Shown here in pieces: positions 47,280-58,868 of a stretch of DNA of 62,000 bases. The notes under the pieces were generated by a model, which saw only the letters and a program-made list of their open reading frames with translations, was not told the origin of the DNA and searched no databases. Made by a program: the position numbers and the translations under genes. The DNA is taken from assembly GCF_000400465.1 (NCBI RefSeq), contig NW_008806276.1, forward strand, positions 144,001-206,000, written 5' to 3'. How positions within the stretch are numbered: the first letter of the stretch is position 1; every line of letters starts with the position of its first letter. The DNA is from Wallemia ichthyophaga EXF-994 (lineage: Eukaryota; Fungi; Basidiomycota).

Positions 47280-48223
47280 ATGAGCATTTTCTTCAGATTG
47301 CTTGACCTCCCAGTAGAGCTGGTAATGATGATCATAGAGAATTTTGAACACAAAGAAAGACTAGAAGTATTGTCAACTTGCCGACTGATCCGGAAGATGG
47401 ATGAAAAATACATTTACTCGAGCTTAAAAACACCAAATGTCCGCCTATACATCGAGACTGGAATTGACGGCTACGAGATGTGCTCATTAACCAGGGACAC
47501 ATTTGAGAATAGCATCGCTGTCTTGAATGGCATCGCAGCGGACGAGAATCACAGAAAGCTCGTCAAGTGAGCTGAGAGCCTGCTCATATGACAGTGCTAA
47601 CAGTGCTGAATCTTTACAGATCACTCAAACTGACCGCTTACTGCAATTCCTTGCTATCTAGATCGGATATCTATTGGCTGTCAAAAGAATTGACGAGGAC
47701 CTTCGCTCGCCACTTTGACGAGCAACTGGAGTCTCTTACCTACATCAACACGTTCTACTGCGAGTTCGTCGAGAAAACACCATTCAACTTTCCAAATTTG
47801 AAAAAGCTGACGCTAGGAGAGTTGGGTGATAATTTCGCATTCGACAATTGGCTGATGAACGCCCCCAATCTGGAAAAATTGGACATTTTTTGCATGGAAT
47901 GGAGCTATGGTATGTTATCTCATCAAGATATTTGCAGCTCAAGCATCGAGAAGCTGGTTAAAAGGGAGTCTAATTTCCGTCTGAGGATATTTACTTTTGA
48001 GATGTGGCATGCGCCTGAAGATGCCAACGACAACGACAACGACAGGGAAGAGTCTTACGACGAGATTGATCATTGGCACAGTGACTTGATAAGGGCTATA
48101 GCGGGCGTGTCAGATTTCGATGATTTAATGCCTTACGTCGAAAGGTACAATGTTCGCGAGTACCAGATGATTCAAGGATCGCTCAAATTGAACAACTGCT
48201 ACCACGCCTTAGGTCATAGGTAG
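47280..48223 (+). CDS. F-box domain protein with a divergent LRR-like C-terminus; intron about 47568-47618
   Basis: FFRLLDLPVELVMMIIENF F-box; FPNLKKLTL / APNLEKLDI LRR-like segments; splicing restores LVKSLKLTAY. Confidence 0.7.
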
Positions 48224-48423
48224 GACCACATTCGATGTGCATGCTTAGCGTAGTATCTGATACCCATAAATCCTATTATATCATTTGTGCACACTTCTTG
48301 TAATGATAATGACAATTAACAGTTTAATACTCTTACTTTCGTTCGATGTGTGTTGTGAAATAGATAGATAGAATTCATAACATATAGTCAAAAGCATTAC
48401 AACGATTAATAATCTTCGCCTAT

Positions 48424-49009
48424 CTATAATTCTTGTGCATTGAAAGCTGACGATTGTAGTGACTCATAGGGTTGTATTTCTTGGCATGTGTGCCGTAAAT
48501 GGAGAAGGAACTACGTGGAGCTACCGGAGGCGCGCGGGTGGGTGCTGAGCTGGTTTTTGAAGAATTTTTAGAGAGCTTTGAGAGCTTTTTCATTTGAAAG
48601 CATATATTTCATCTCGAACCTACTCCAATCCATATATCCTCCTCCTCAACGATAATCTTGCTTGATCGATCTTCCTACATCTGAAAATCCTATGTTTGAT
48701 ACTGTCTACTTCATTGCACTTGCTGCAAAGTGGTGAGTCGGACATTTTGAATTGGTATCGGTAAGACTTGGCAACAGGGAAGTGGTTTGAGCGGATCTGT
48801 TTGGCCACACTTCGCGTACCACGGGGAAGCTTGTTGAGCATCCTTGCCGCCTGTGTAGAGGTCATTCTACCCATTGCTCTCTCTGCATCTTTTGACTTTG
48901 GTCCTGGTAAAATACATGCATCTACTCTCAAGAGAGCAGTGTGTCGCTCACGCAGGCGTCTACGGAAAGCGGAGAGAGCCGGCTTGAGAGTGAAGTCAAT
49001 GGAGATCAA
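48424..49009 (-). mobile_element. Second, degenerate fragment of the same retroelement family (frameshift plus in-frame stops)
   Basis: TLKPALSAFRRRLRERH...QIRSNHFP...CSKCNEVDSIKHRIFRC aligns with copy 1. After a frameshift it continues RFEMKYMLSNEKALKAL*KFFKNQLST, against RFELVPILRNAHSLRALYEFFKLQLTT in copy 1. Confidence 0.75.
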
Positions 49010-49207
49010 TAGTTTGTTTATCTCCGCACACCGCAGGTTAGGTTAGTTTAGTGTGGCGTTTCCAGTATATATGATTTTTTTTAAATAACTGCTTATGAAA
49101 AGCCTCGGAATGAAAAGCGTTAAAAGCGTTTGCAGCATCTACCTAGAATTACGTTGAGTTATAGCAACTTTTTGATACATTAGTTTCAATAAGTTGCTAT
49201 TGTCATC

Positions 49208-49310
49208 GCTTTCGTGGCTTAGGGGTTATAGCGCCGTGTTAACACCGGCTCATCTGAGAAGATGAACAGTTGCTCCGCGGAGGTCGCCGGTTCGATTCCG
49301 GCCGAAAGCT
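49208..49310 (+). tRNA. tRNA-Val(AAC) with 30-nt intron (49245-49274)
   Basis: GCTTTCG/CGAAAGC acceptor stem, CCGTG TT AAC A / C CGCGG anticodon arm, GCCGG TTCGATT CCGGC T-arm, T5 run immediately after. Confidence 0.88.
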
Positions 49311-50306
49311 TTTTCACCACGAAAAGTCCTTTTTCTGGCAGAAGCTGATGTTATTTTGCTCTTCGGTCTGACGAAGCACCACAGAGCATCACAGATGAAT
49401 ACAATAGATCCGCTCCTCTTTGTTACGAATGTGTTCATATTCCATTATTGCCGCAAAATCTACTATTCAAAAATGATGAAAATGTCATCCAACCTTATTG
49501 AGGATACAGTAAAAAGAGCAAGGCTTTCGCTTAAGTGGCAATCTTGGAAGAATTAATTGGTAGGTAGTATCAGCTGGATACGGAGAGCTGTAATCGTATG
49601 TCGGTACAGTGGCAGTGGAGAAAGAATCGATCACTCTACTATCCGAATTCAAACTAACTACAAAAATCACCATCAAATTACCTTTTCGAGATACTTTGAT
49701 TATCGGGCTGGTGGCCATAAGTGAGCTCTGAACGGTACAAAAGCAAAATAGGCTCTGAGAAAATGTACACTAATATTAAGGCATGAATGTTACTGATAAA
49801 TATGCAAGTTAATCTAGACCGCTAGTAAAATTTGTAACAAATAATTGCTGGATTGTTTAACTTAACAGAGTCTAATTAGAGGGTACTCGAGATATCGGAA
49901 ATTCCCGCAATAGTCTAATATGAAATCAATTCCCACCAATCGCCTACTTCCTCATTTCTAATCCCGCACAGGCACATATCACTGATAGTAGATGGTTCCT
50001 AGTCAAAACGGAGAGAAGCCACGCTACAAATTTGTAATCCTCAGGCCGAATTAAGAGTATAACAACTAATGTATAAAAATAAGTACATGATACCTAAATC
50101 CCAATCTGAAAATCTATTGCAAAAAAATTGATTTTATCCATGAACTAAATCCAGTTCAACTGATCCATCCATCCATAATTCTAATTAATGTGTTGTTTTG
50201 TAATTGCTATCGTTGCGTGTCATGATATACTGTGTATAAGGTTGTTTAGGGGTGTGTAGATTGTGTAAGGATGTCTAAAGTGTGCTAGTATGCGCACTAA
50301 TATCAT

Positions 50307-51762
50307 CTATACTGCGCAAGAGAATGGATGGTCGAATGTGCCATTTTCATAACCAGCCTTGATATTCTCAACTGCTGAGTAGATGCCGAGCGGGGTGATG
50401 ACCGCACTGAAGGCGATGCAGAGACATGCGAGTGCGATGAATGGTGAGCGCTTCAATGTGAATACGTGCTTCCAGGAAGGCTCGCTGGTGCGATAAAGGT
50501 GAAGAATACAGACACCTGGCAAACCGAGAGCGAACCAAACACTGAAGATTGAGCTGATGATAGAAAGCATTTCACTGAAGAATGGAATGAGGTTTGCAAT
50601 GACCCATCCAAATATCCAGAATGAACCGACAATACCCATCCAGGCGAAACGCATCCTCCACGACTTTTCAGTGAGACGCTCAGAGTGTCTGAAAGCCTGG
50701 ACGTAGACAAGCTTGGCACCGGCAGCAACTGGGACAACACCGGCGACGAAAATTGAAATAAGGGCGATGGCATAGGCCGTAATCATGACAGGACGAGCTG
50801 TCATGGTGAGAGAAGGTGATGTAACATATTGACCACCGAATGAGTAGATTGTAGCGCCTACTATGGTGTAGAAGGTGATAGAGAGGACTTGGACGATACC
50901 CAAACTCTTCTTGAAGTCGTCTGGTCTCTTCATTTCACTGACGACAGTGAGGACGATTGCTTGACCACCCCAACCGAAAATGATGTTTGTGAGAGCGCTA
51001 ATAGTACCGATAAGACCATGGTTTTCGAAAGCGTACCAATGGATGGGCTCATCACCTGGTGAGACAAGTCTGCTATCGTCTTGGACACCAGTTGCGATAA
51101 TAGTGATGAAGGAGGCAGTGAGAATTGCGGTAACAGATGCAATTGAGAGGAAGGTCAATTTCTCCAATCTACGCGATAGCGACATGAGGAAGGAGACAAC
51201 CGCCATAACGACTGTCCATACGATACTGCAAACGAGGTCGTTGTTGCCAATCATCTTTCTAAATGCGATACCACCGGAGAGGACGTGGCTAGCTGCCATG
51301 AAAACGGACTTCAAAACGAGACCATATCCAAATATGATTCCACCAACTTCACCAAACATAATTCTACCAGCATCACCGTAGTTCATACAACCAGGATACT
51401 TCTTCTTGAACTCAACCAGCCAGATACCAGTCAACCAGCACAACATCCCGAGGAAGAAGGTAGTGAAAACACCACCGAACATACCCATTTTGTGGAAGTT
51501 TGATGGGAATGAAAGGATACCAAGAGCGACTTGCTCACAAGTAATCAATAAACCTGCACTGATCCAGCCCATGTTGCGGAAATTGACCGCACCTTCTTTG
51601 TGTTCTGCTTGAGCAGAGAATGGGTCGACTGTGAGGGTATTGTTAGGTGGAGTAAACAAGGCGTAAAGCAAACTCACCAGTAGCGTCGACTTCTTCAACA
51701 GGATCCAAAGTTGCTCTGAAATGAGGCTCTTGCTTTTCGGCTTCTTGGTCTGTCTTCGACAT
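50307..51762 (-). CDS. AAAP/Mtr-type neutral amino acid permease (possible extra upstream exon to about 51909)
   Basis: FRNMGWISAG, EQVALGILSFP, EMKRPDDFKKSL, about 11 hydrophobic helices; an intron near the 5' end joins VEEVDAT|VDPF. Confidence 0.88.
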
Positions 51763-52325
51763 GCTGCCGATGCTTGATGTTCTTTCGAAGCTGTTGTGCT
51801 TTTCGTCGCTCACTAAGGCAGAGTTAGATCAGTGCATCAAGTTTGACTGGCTGAGGAGTGGCTGGCAATCTTATCTTAACAAGAGAAAGACAAGGCACTA
51901 GACACTCATAGCAATGTCTTTTGGTTATACTCACTTTTATGTGATTGTTAAAGATGAAGAAGACGGATTGAGGGAAATATAAAGGCGCGTTATCAGGTGC
52001 AAGGTGGGGAGAAAATTCTCAAAATTTAAGCGAGGATCACTTGCGAGCTGACGTTGTTCCTAGTTTCAGCTCGGGTTTAATGAGCCACTAAGATTATTGC
52101 AAGAAGTAACGCGCTAGATAGTTTGAATATTTCTATCGATTTTCGTCTCCGCTTTTGGTTGTACACAATTCTGCAATTGTCTCAAAGCGGCTACAATCCC
52201 GATTAGGGAGGAATAAAGGGTGATAGGTGTGACAAGGATATTAATAGTGTTTTGTTTTCATAATTGTAGTACAAAATTGTAAAAACCTTACATTTCAGAC
52301 TTGCTCCTCCTTGCTTATTTCGAAG

Positions 52326-54203
52326 ATGCTGCGAGTGAGTTACCGGTTCGCGGGGAGATTCCAAAACTTAGATAATTACAAGGTTGCTGTAGAAGGCTGT
52401 GCCCATGGTCTGTATCTCAGACTGTAGTCTCTGTCTCCCCCTCATACGCACCACAGGATCACTCGATATTATTTACCGCGCGATCGCTGAGAATGACAGG
52501 ATTAGCGGACACAAGACACGATTACTCCTCATTTGCGGAGACTTTCAGGTGTGCTATATTAAGCCCGCACATCTGACTTGCATCTGACGCCTCGCTTCTG
52601 CGGTTCAGGCTTTGAGGAATCACTCTGACTTCAACACGCTTGCTGTCCCGCAAAAATACAAGCAGCTGGGTGATTTTTACAATTATTACAGTGGCAAGAA
52701 AACTGCGCCTATCCTGACCATCTGTATCGGTGGAAACCACGAGGCCAGCTCGTACTTCTGGGAGTTGTGAGTTTTCTCGTGGAAGTATTAATTACTCGGA
52801 TTAATGCTCCCAGATACCACGGCGGATGGCTAGCTCCAAATATCTACTATCTAGGTCGCTCTGGCTCTGTAATGGTCGATGGCGTCCGCATTTCTGGCGC
52901 TAGCTGCATCTACAAGCCAAAAGACTTCATAAAGGGTGAATGGATTTTCATTATGACTACACATCTAACAACTCTATAGGATACTTTGAGAAAATCCCTT
53001 ACAACAACTACACCCTGAGATCAACCTATCACATACGTCAGTTTGATGTTTCGAGGTTACTGCATGTGGGTACAGTCAATTTTCTTGCCATACTTCTCAT
53101 CTCAAGACAGCTACCTAAACCAGACATCTTCCTCTCTCACGACTGGCCTCTTTCGATAGAAAGATACGGCGATACGAACGGCCTTATACGTAAAAAGCCT
53201 TTCTTCAAGGATGAGGTGGGTAAATTTTGCTACAGCAGTATCTCCCACTTATTTCGAAATTTCAGATCTCTAAAAATGAGCTCGGTTCACCACCTCTTCT
53301 CACCCTCCTCCAGAATCTCAGACCTAGGCAGTGGTTTTCGGCGCATTTGCACGTATACTTCAAAGCCAAGTGGCTGTCAGTGGCACAAAGTAGCAGCAGC
53401 GGCAAGCGTATATCTTCATCTCCTCACGCAAAGCAACCGTCTAAGCGTCTCAAGATTGTTGAAGACCCAACTGAATCTAATACTAATCCAGATGAGATAG
53501 CAATAGAAGACGATGTTGATGATCGGCCAGCTGAAGGGGCGAATGAATCAAAAGATAGACAGAAACACGACAGCAATCCCGAAGAGATCGCTATAGAAGA
53601 CGAGGAAGGGGATGAAAATGGTATAGAGCAAGTAGACGATATTAGCAGCGCACCTCAACCATCCGATGAAGAGGTCACATATTTCACAGCACTCGACAAG
53701 AGTCTTCCAAATCGCAAATTCTTAGAGGCAGGTATTTGTACAAAGTTTTGCAGTCCTAATTTTAACATATCCATAACAGTTTATCAATATAGAGACAGAC
53801 GACAGAAACGCCAGTCACAGGCCTTTTTTTACATTCGATCCCTATTGGTTAGCTATCACGCGCGCCTACCACCCCTTCATGTCTACACAAGACTCGCAGA
53901 CACTGCCATTAGAGGAGGAAGCCAAGCGCGAGATAGATGTGCAGCTGCAGTGGGCAAAGGAGTATTTGAGCAATGTGGAAGTGGAGAGTGTGCAGCAATT
54001 CGTTAAGACTGCGCCAGGTGATGGTGATAGAGGATTCACATTCAAAGGACAACGTAGGTGTAATTTTTTTAGTACGTATCTCTGACCGGCTACATGCAGC
54101 TCACACATACACTAATCCCCAGACTGAGGCTTTCTGTCAAATGCTAGATATACCGAACTTTGTTAATCCTCAGCCGTGTGAAGGAATGCATCATGACTTA
54201 TAA
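52326..54203 (+). CDS. DBR1: RNA lariat debranching enzyme Dbr1; about 8 introns including a probable GC-AG intron
   Basis: Spliced [80 protein letters not shown]. Confidence 0.92.
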
Positions 54204-54722
54204 TGCAAATGCGACAAAGGATAAGATACACAGATGCATTCGAAAGAGTATGATGAAGGACAAGCCGGGCTAGAAGAGCAAAGAACGCAGCCAATAGGAA
54301 ATACAATGTCAGTTGATTAGTATTTATTGTACATAATATGAAGATAATAACATGGTATAAAGCATGCGCTTCTTGAGTGGGTTATTTGCCGGGTGTCTCG
54401 CCGGGTGTCTAAGTGTCAATACGATTCCGAGACAAATTGCCAGAAATGTTAACTTAGTCTCGTAAGTCATTCGAGGCATCGGATAAATTCTTAGGCCATC
54501 AGGATACGTTAATAATTGATTGGCGCCTACCTCTTTTGTCTCAGCGTCTGAGTCGTCGACGTCATGCAATGTTTTATGACGCACAAGAATGAATAGACAC
54601 ATGATTTCATTAGTAGGACTGAGGGGATAAACGTAAAGCAATAAGAAAAAGATTCAGCGAGTTATTCAACAAAGGAAAAATATCATAAGAAACACCAAAA
54701 AAGATTGGTTGTAGATTACCAC

Positions 54723-54830
54723 TACTTCAGACGGGGCTCGAACCCGCAACCTTTGGATGGCTAGTTCAACTCGGTTTGAACCCTTCGATGATACTAGAAG
54801 TCCAATACTCTACCATTGAGCCACTGAAGC
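54723..54830 (-). tRNA. tRNA-Arg(TCT) with 36-nt intron (54759-54794), canonical order
   Basis: GCTTCAG TG GCTC AATGGTA GAGT A TTGGA CT TCT A [intron] A TCCAA AGGTT GCGGG TTCGAGC CCCGT CTGAAGT A; T6 terminator at 54702-54697. Confidence 0.95.
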
Positions 54831-55703
54831 GCCCGTTGCGCTAATCGGTTGTTGACACTCACGAATTTTGTTACAAAATATTTCAAACATACACAAAACC
54901 TGAAATGCAGAAACATCATCATCTTTTTTTGAAGCATTTATGGACAAATTTGGTGTTTTACACGCTTTAAAATCTAGTTATTGCGTGGTGACAGTGCTAA
55001 CACCTATTATAATGCAAAACCAAAACATATCAGCGAGAGAAGTGGGAATAAGAAACGCATCTCAAATCAATTTAAATTAATCAACTGACTAATCATTTAT
55101 TGGTGAAAGTGATAGTATCTTCACAGCTATTAGCGCTTCGAGGAGCACCTAAAATGCGTTCAAAAATACATCGCCAAGTAAAGCAAGCTCGGAAATTGTG
55201 CAAAATAACAATTGATTGTTTACTATGTCTACCGAGCTCTATCGCTTTGATTGGAATTTAGGTATGCTACAGGGATTAATGAAAAGAGTTCGCTAGAGTG
55301 CTGGAAAACTCACAGGAACTCTGTATCTATTCAGCGGCTCTGATTTCCAGGATATACCTTTTTCAACTCTTGTCATCTTGCAATCATTATCGGGAATAAA
55401 GTAAAATGGAGGGATCACTAGCAATTTTGCTAACGATAGTAGTGGTGATAACGTGAATCTAACTTCTTGCATAACTTAATTCTAACGTATTTGAAACAAG
55501 TCTGATGACGTTTGTATTCTGCGCTCTTTCTTCGTGCTTGGGGGATGGGGTACGGGCAGCTTTCACAGACACAACGCACAACAGATCAGCATATGCATAT
55601 AAGCGTGGGATTGGTCGACGCGTCAATGAATTGGAGGAAATGGAGATGGAGAGCTGGGGAAGGTGAACCCAAGAATTATATGTGCAGAATTTAAACGCTA
55701 TAA

Positions 55704-57114
55704 TCATACAAAAGCTTGAATGCCAGTTGTAGCTTTGCCAAGAATCAACGCGTGGCTATTTTAGTTGTAAATTCAGTGATACCCTAATAAATAGAACTTA
55801 TAACTCACATATCGTGTGTACCTTCGTACGTGTTTGTGACGTGCAGGTTGTTAGCAATCCGACCGACATGATACTCGTCGGCCACACCATTACCGCCAAA
55901 TATATCCATAAGCGTGCGCGTATGTTGCAAAGCCATACCGCAATTGTTGCGCTTCACGAGTGAGATCATCTCTGGGCTGTAGGTATTTGCATCCATCAGT
56001 CTTCCAACTTGCAAAGACGCGAGAAGACCCAGCGGAACTTGAGTAACTGCGTCAGCCAGTTTCTTTTGGACGAGTTGAAAAGACGCTAATGGACGATTGA
56101 ACTGCTTTCTATCGAGGGCATATTCTCTGGATTGAGCAATAACATCTTCCAATGCACCCATCACACCCCACGAGATACCGTAACGCGCTTGGTTGAGACA
56201 GCTGAATGGTCCTTTGAGACCAGAAACATTGGGCAAAATGTGTTCTGAGGACACATGTACATCATCCATATATATCGATCCTGTAAGCGAAGCTCTTAAG
56301 CCCATCTTATTCTTGATTGCAGGCGCCGTCAAACCGTCCATACCCTTCTCAAGGATAAAGCCTCTAATTTTGCCATCCCATTTACATTTCGCCCATATCA
56401 TAAACACGTCGCTAATTGGAGAGTTGGTTATCCACGTTTTGGAGCCGTTGAGTTTGTATCCATGGGGTGTTTCTTCAGCTATCGTCTCCATTCCGTTTGG
56501 ATCGCTTCCATGTTGTGGCTCTGTCAGTCCGAAACAACCTACTAGATCGCCGGATGCTAGTCCTGGAATATATTTCTCGCGTTGCGCTTCGCTACCGAAA
56601 GCGTGGATTGGATACATTGTTAAGCTCGATTGAACCGACATTGCCTGTGTGGGTAGTGTGAGAGGGTGATTTTGAACAAAGTGAGTGACAAACCGATCTA
56701 TATCCACTATCGACTCTCTCAACCTCCCTCGTGATCAAGCCGTATGCCACTTTAGAGACACCGGCACAGCCGTAACCGTCGAGAGTGGCGCCAAGGAAAC
56801 CTAACTGACCCATTTCTTTGAGTATCTGACGATCAAAGTGTTCATGTCGTGAAGCTTCGAGGATTCTAGGCGAGAGTTGTTCTTGTGCGTAGACTTTCAC
56901 GCTTTCTCTGTAGCACGTGTGAGCAGAATGCTGTGCAATCCAGCAGCACTCACTCAATTGCCAGTTCGTCTTCAGTTAGTAGCGTGTCGAGCTTGAGTGG
57001 GTCTCGGAAATCGAAATTGATGAATTTAGAAGAGGGGATGATAGTGCTAGTCGCAGAGGAATCAACTGGAGGTCTCTGCGTCGTTATAAATCTTCTGCCC
57101 AAATTTCTTAGCAT
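55704..57114 (-). CDS. GCDH: Glutaryl-CoA dehydrogenase, mitochondrial; 3 introns
   Basis: [51 protein letters not shown]|HALILG. Confidence 0.93.
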
Positions 57115-57446
57115 CGCAGTGATTGAATGGTTAAAACGGGGTTGATGATAGCATCATAGCAGTTTGTCACATGGCTTCGGGTGTGCGATATTCACGGAGC
57201 ACGCTGATTATAGTTGTACTCCAAATTTAGCTCTGATCAAGCTAGCTCACATCAATGGCTTATGACTTAGATTTCAAAGTACATTGATTGGCAACGAAAA
57301 TTCAAAGATTTTAAAATTAATACAATAAGCCTCTTAATCTCCAGCTCTTGAATATCACACTGCTGGAAGAAAATTTCGTCTGCTCCCAAGAAGATTTTTG
57401 GCGTCTTCAGCTTGTTCTCCATCCATCAAACGCATATCAAAATAAA

Positions 57447-58180
57447 ATGAAGGTGAGCTAAAATATTGTCGGAGCTGATGGGATAATGTACATCACCCAC
57501 GCATTCTTCGATTTCCCCCTAAAGAACAACGCTGATGCTGTTATCATAGGTTTTCACAGTGAGTTTACTTTTGCTCAAAAGTAGTACTCCGCTTTAACAT
57601 TAATCCAGGACGTTGTCTCCGGTGATGAGCTTGCTTCAGACGCATACCCAATGAAGGAGGAAGGCCCATTCTTGACTATCGATTGCGAAGTGAGTCGATC
57701 CATCCACGTTCCATTAGCATCCGAGCTCAACGATATATTCTAGGTAATCACCGTCGGCGGTGAAGGCGCTGATATCGGTGGTGACGAAGGCGGTGTAGAC
57801 GATTCTAAGGAGCAAAAGATCAACTTGGTTCACTCTTTCGGTTTGAAACAAACTCAATTCGACAAGAAGTCATACACCGTTCACTTGAAGGTATTTTGAG
57901 ATATTTAAAAACAAAGGCATAGCTGATTGAAAATTTGCAGGACTACATGAAGAACGTCGTTGATCACTTGAAGGCCAACAACCCAGAGCGTGTTGATGGC
58001 TTCAAGGCTGAAGCTCAAGCTGGCTTGAAGGAACTCTTGTCCAAGTTTGGTGACCTCGAATTCTTCATGGGAGAGTCATTGTCTACAGATGGTCAAGTCG
58101 CTCTCCTTAACTACCGTGAAGACGGTATTACTCCTTACTTCACCTTGTGGAAGGACGGTCTCAAGGGACAAAAGATCTAG
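57447..58180 (+). CDS. TMA19: Translationally controlled tumour protein (TCTP/Tma19); 6-nt and 9-nt first exons
   Basis: Spliced MKVFTDVVSGDELASDAY..., FDKKSYTVHLK, EFFMGES, LLNYREDGITPY, WKDGLK. Confidence 0.95.
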
Positions 58181-58868
58181 AGTCCTTACTCGTATCATCT
58201 TTTCATCTTTATTCATATAAAAGTAAATTCATACATCAATTTTCTTGGGTCTTGCGAGATTTCCCTTTGTGTGTGTCTGCTTGATTCTGTTGATGATTGC
58301 AACTCTTTTGAGATTTTGGTTGACAGTTTTCTTGCTGCTGCTATTGTTGTGTGAGGTGTCTGAGACTGACATCGCAATCGTTCGTTGTGAATCGCGCTGT
58401 GAAGTAGTGAAGAATTGGTAAATATATAAATTATTGATTTAAGTTCTGTTGAGCCCTCATTGATGTACTACATAAGAACATTGAAAATTTTAGGCAAACA
58501 AGTTGCTAAAAGGAGATTCTTGTGTGAGATATTAGATAAGATCCTTAGAAGCATTGTTACAGTGTTTTATACGTTCGAAACCTTCAATTCGTAGGTCAAC
58601 TATGAATGTTTCGATAATATTACTGTGTTATGTAGAATGGAATGTATAGCGCATTCCTATGAGTGAAATCATTTAATGGAATATCCGTTGAAGAATGCCT
58701 ATGTCCATTGTTATCGCTGGGGATTGAGCAGATTAGAAGCTTAGGAGACATCCAGAGGCGAATATGCACTCACAACTACTCTCAGCCTCCCAATATAATT
58801 ATCTCCTCGCTCTCTCAAACACTTCAAAATTCTCTGTCTTCCTCCTTCACCTACCAGCAACACCGAAA

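Noticed and set aside
48500-48570. GC-rich stretch followed by T-runs resembling a Pol III ncRNA
   Set aside because: It is the antisense of the frameshifted continuation of LINE fragment 2
46127-49009. Composite DNA transposon with terminal inverted repeats around the F-box gene
   Set aside because: The flanking elements are diverged retroelement fragments; no nucleotide-level TIRs or transposase were seen
49485-49718. 77-aa ORF in the island
   Set aside because: No homology or motif that I can recognise
54324-54641. 105-aa minus-strand ORF between DBR1 and tRNA-Arg(TCT)
   Set aside because: No recognisable motif and a non-ATG start; probably chance
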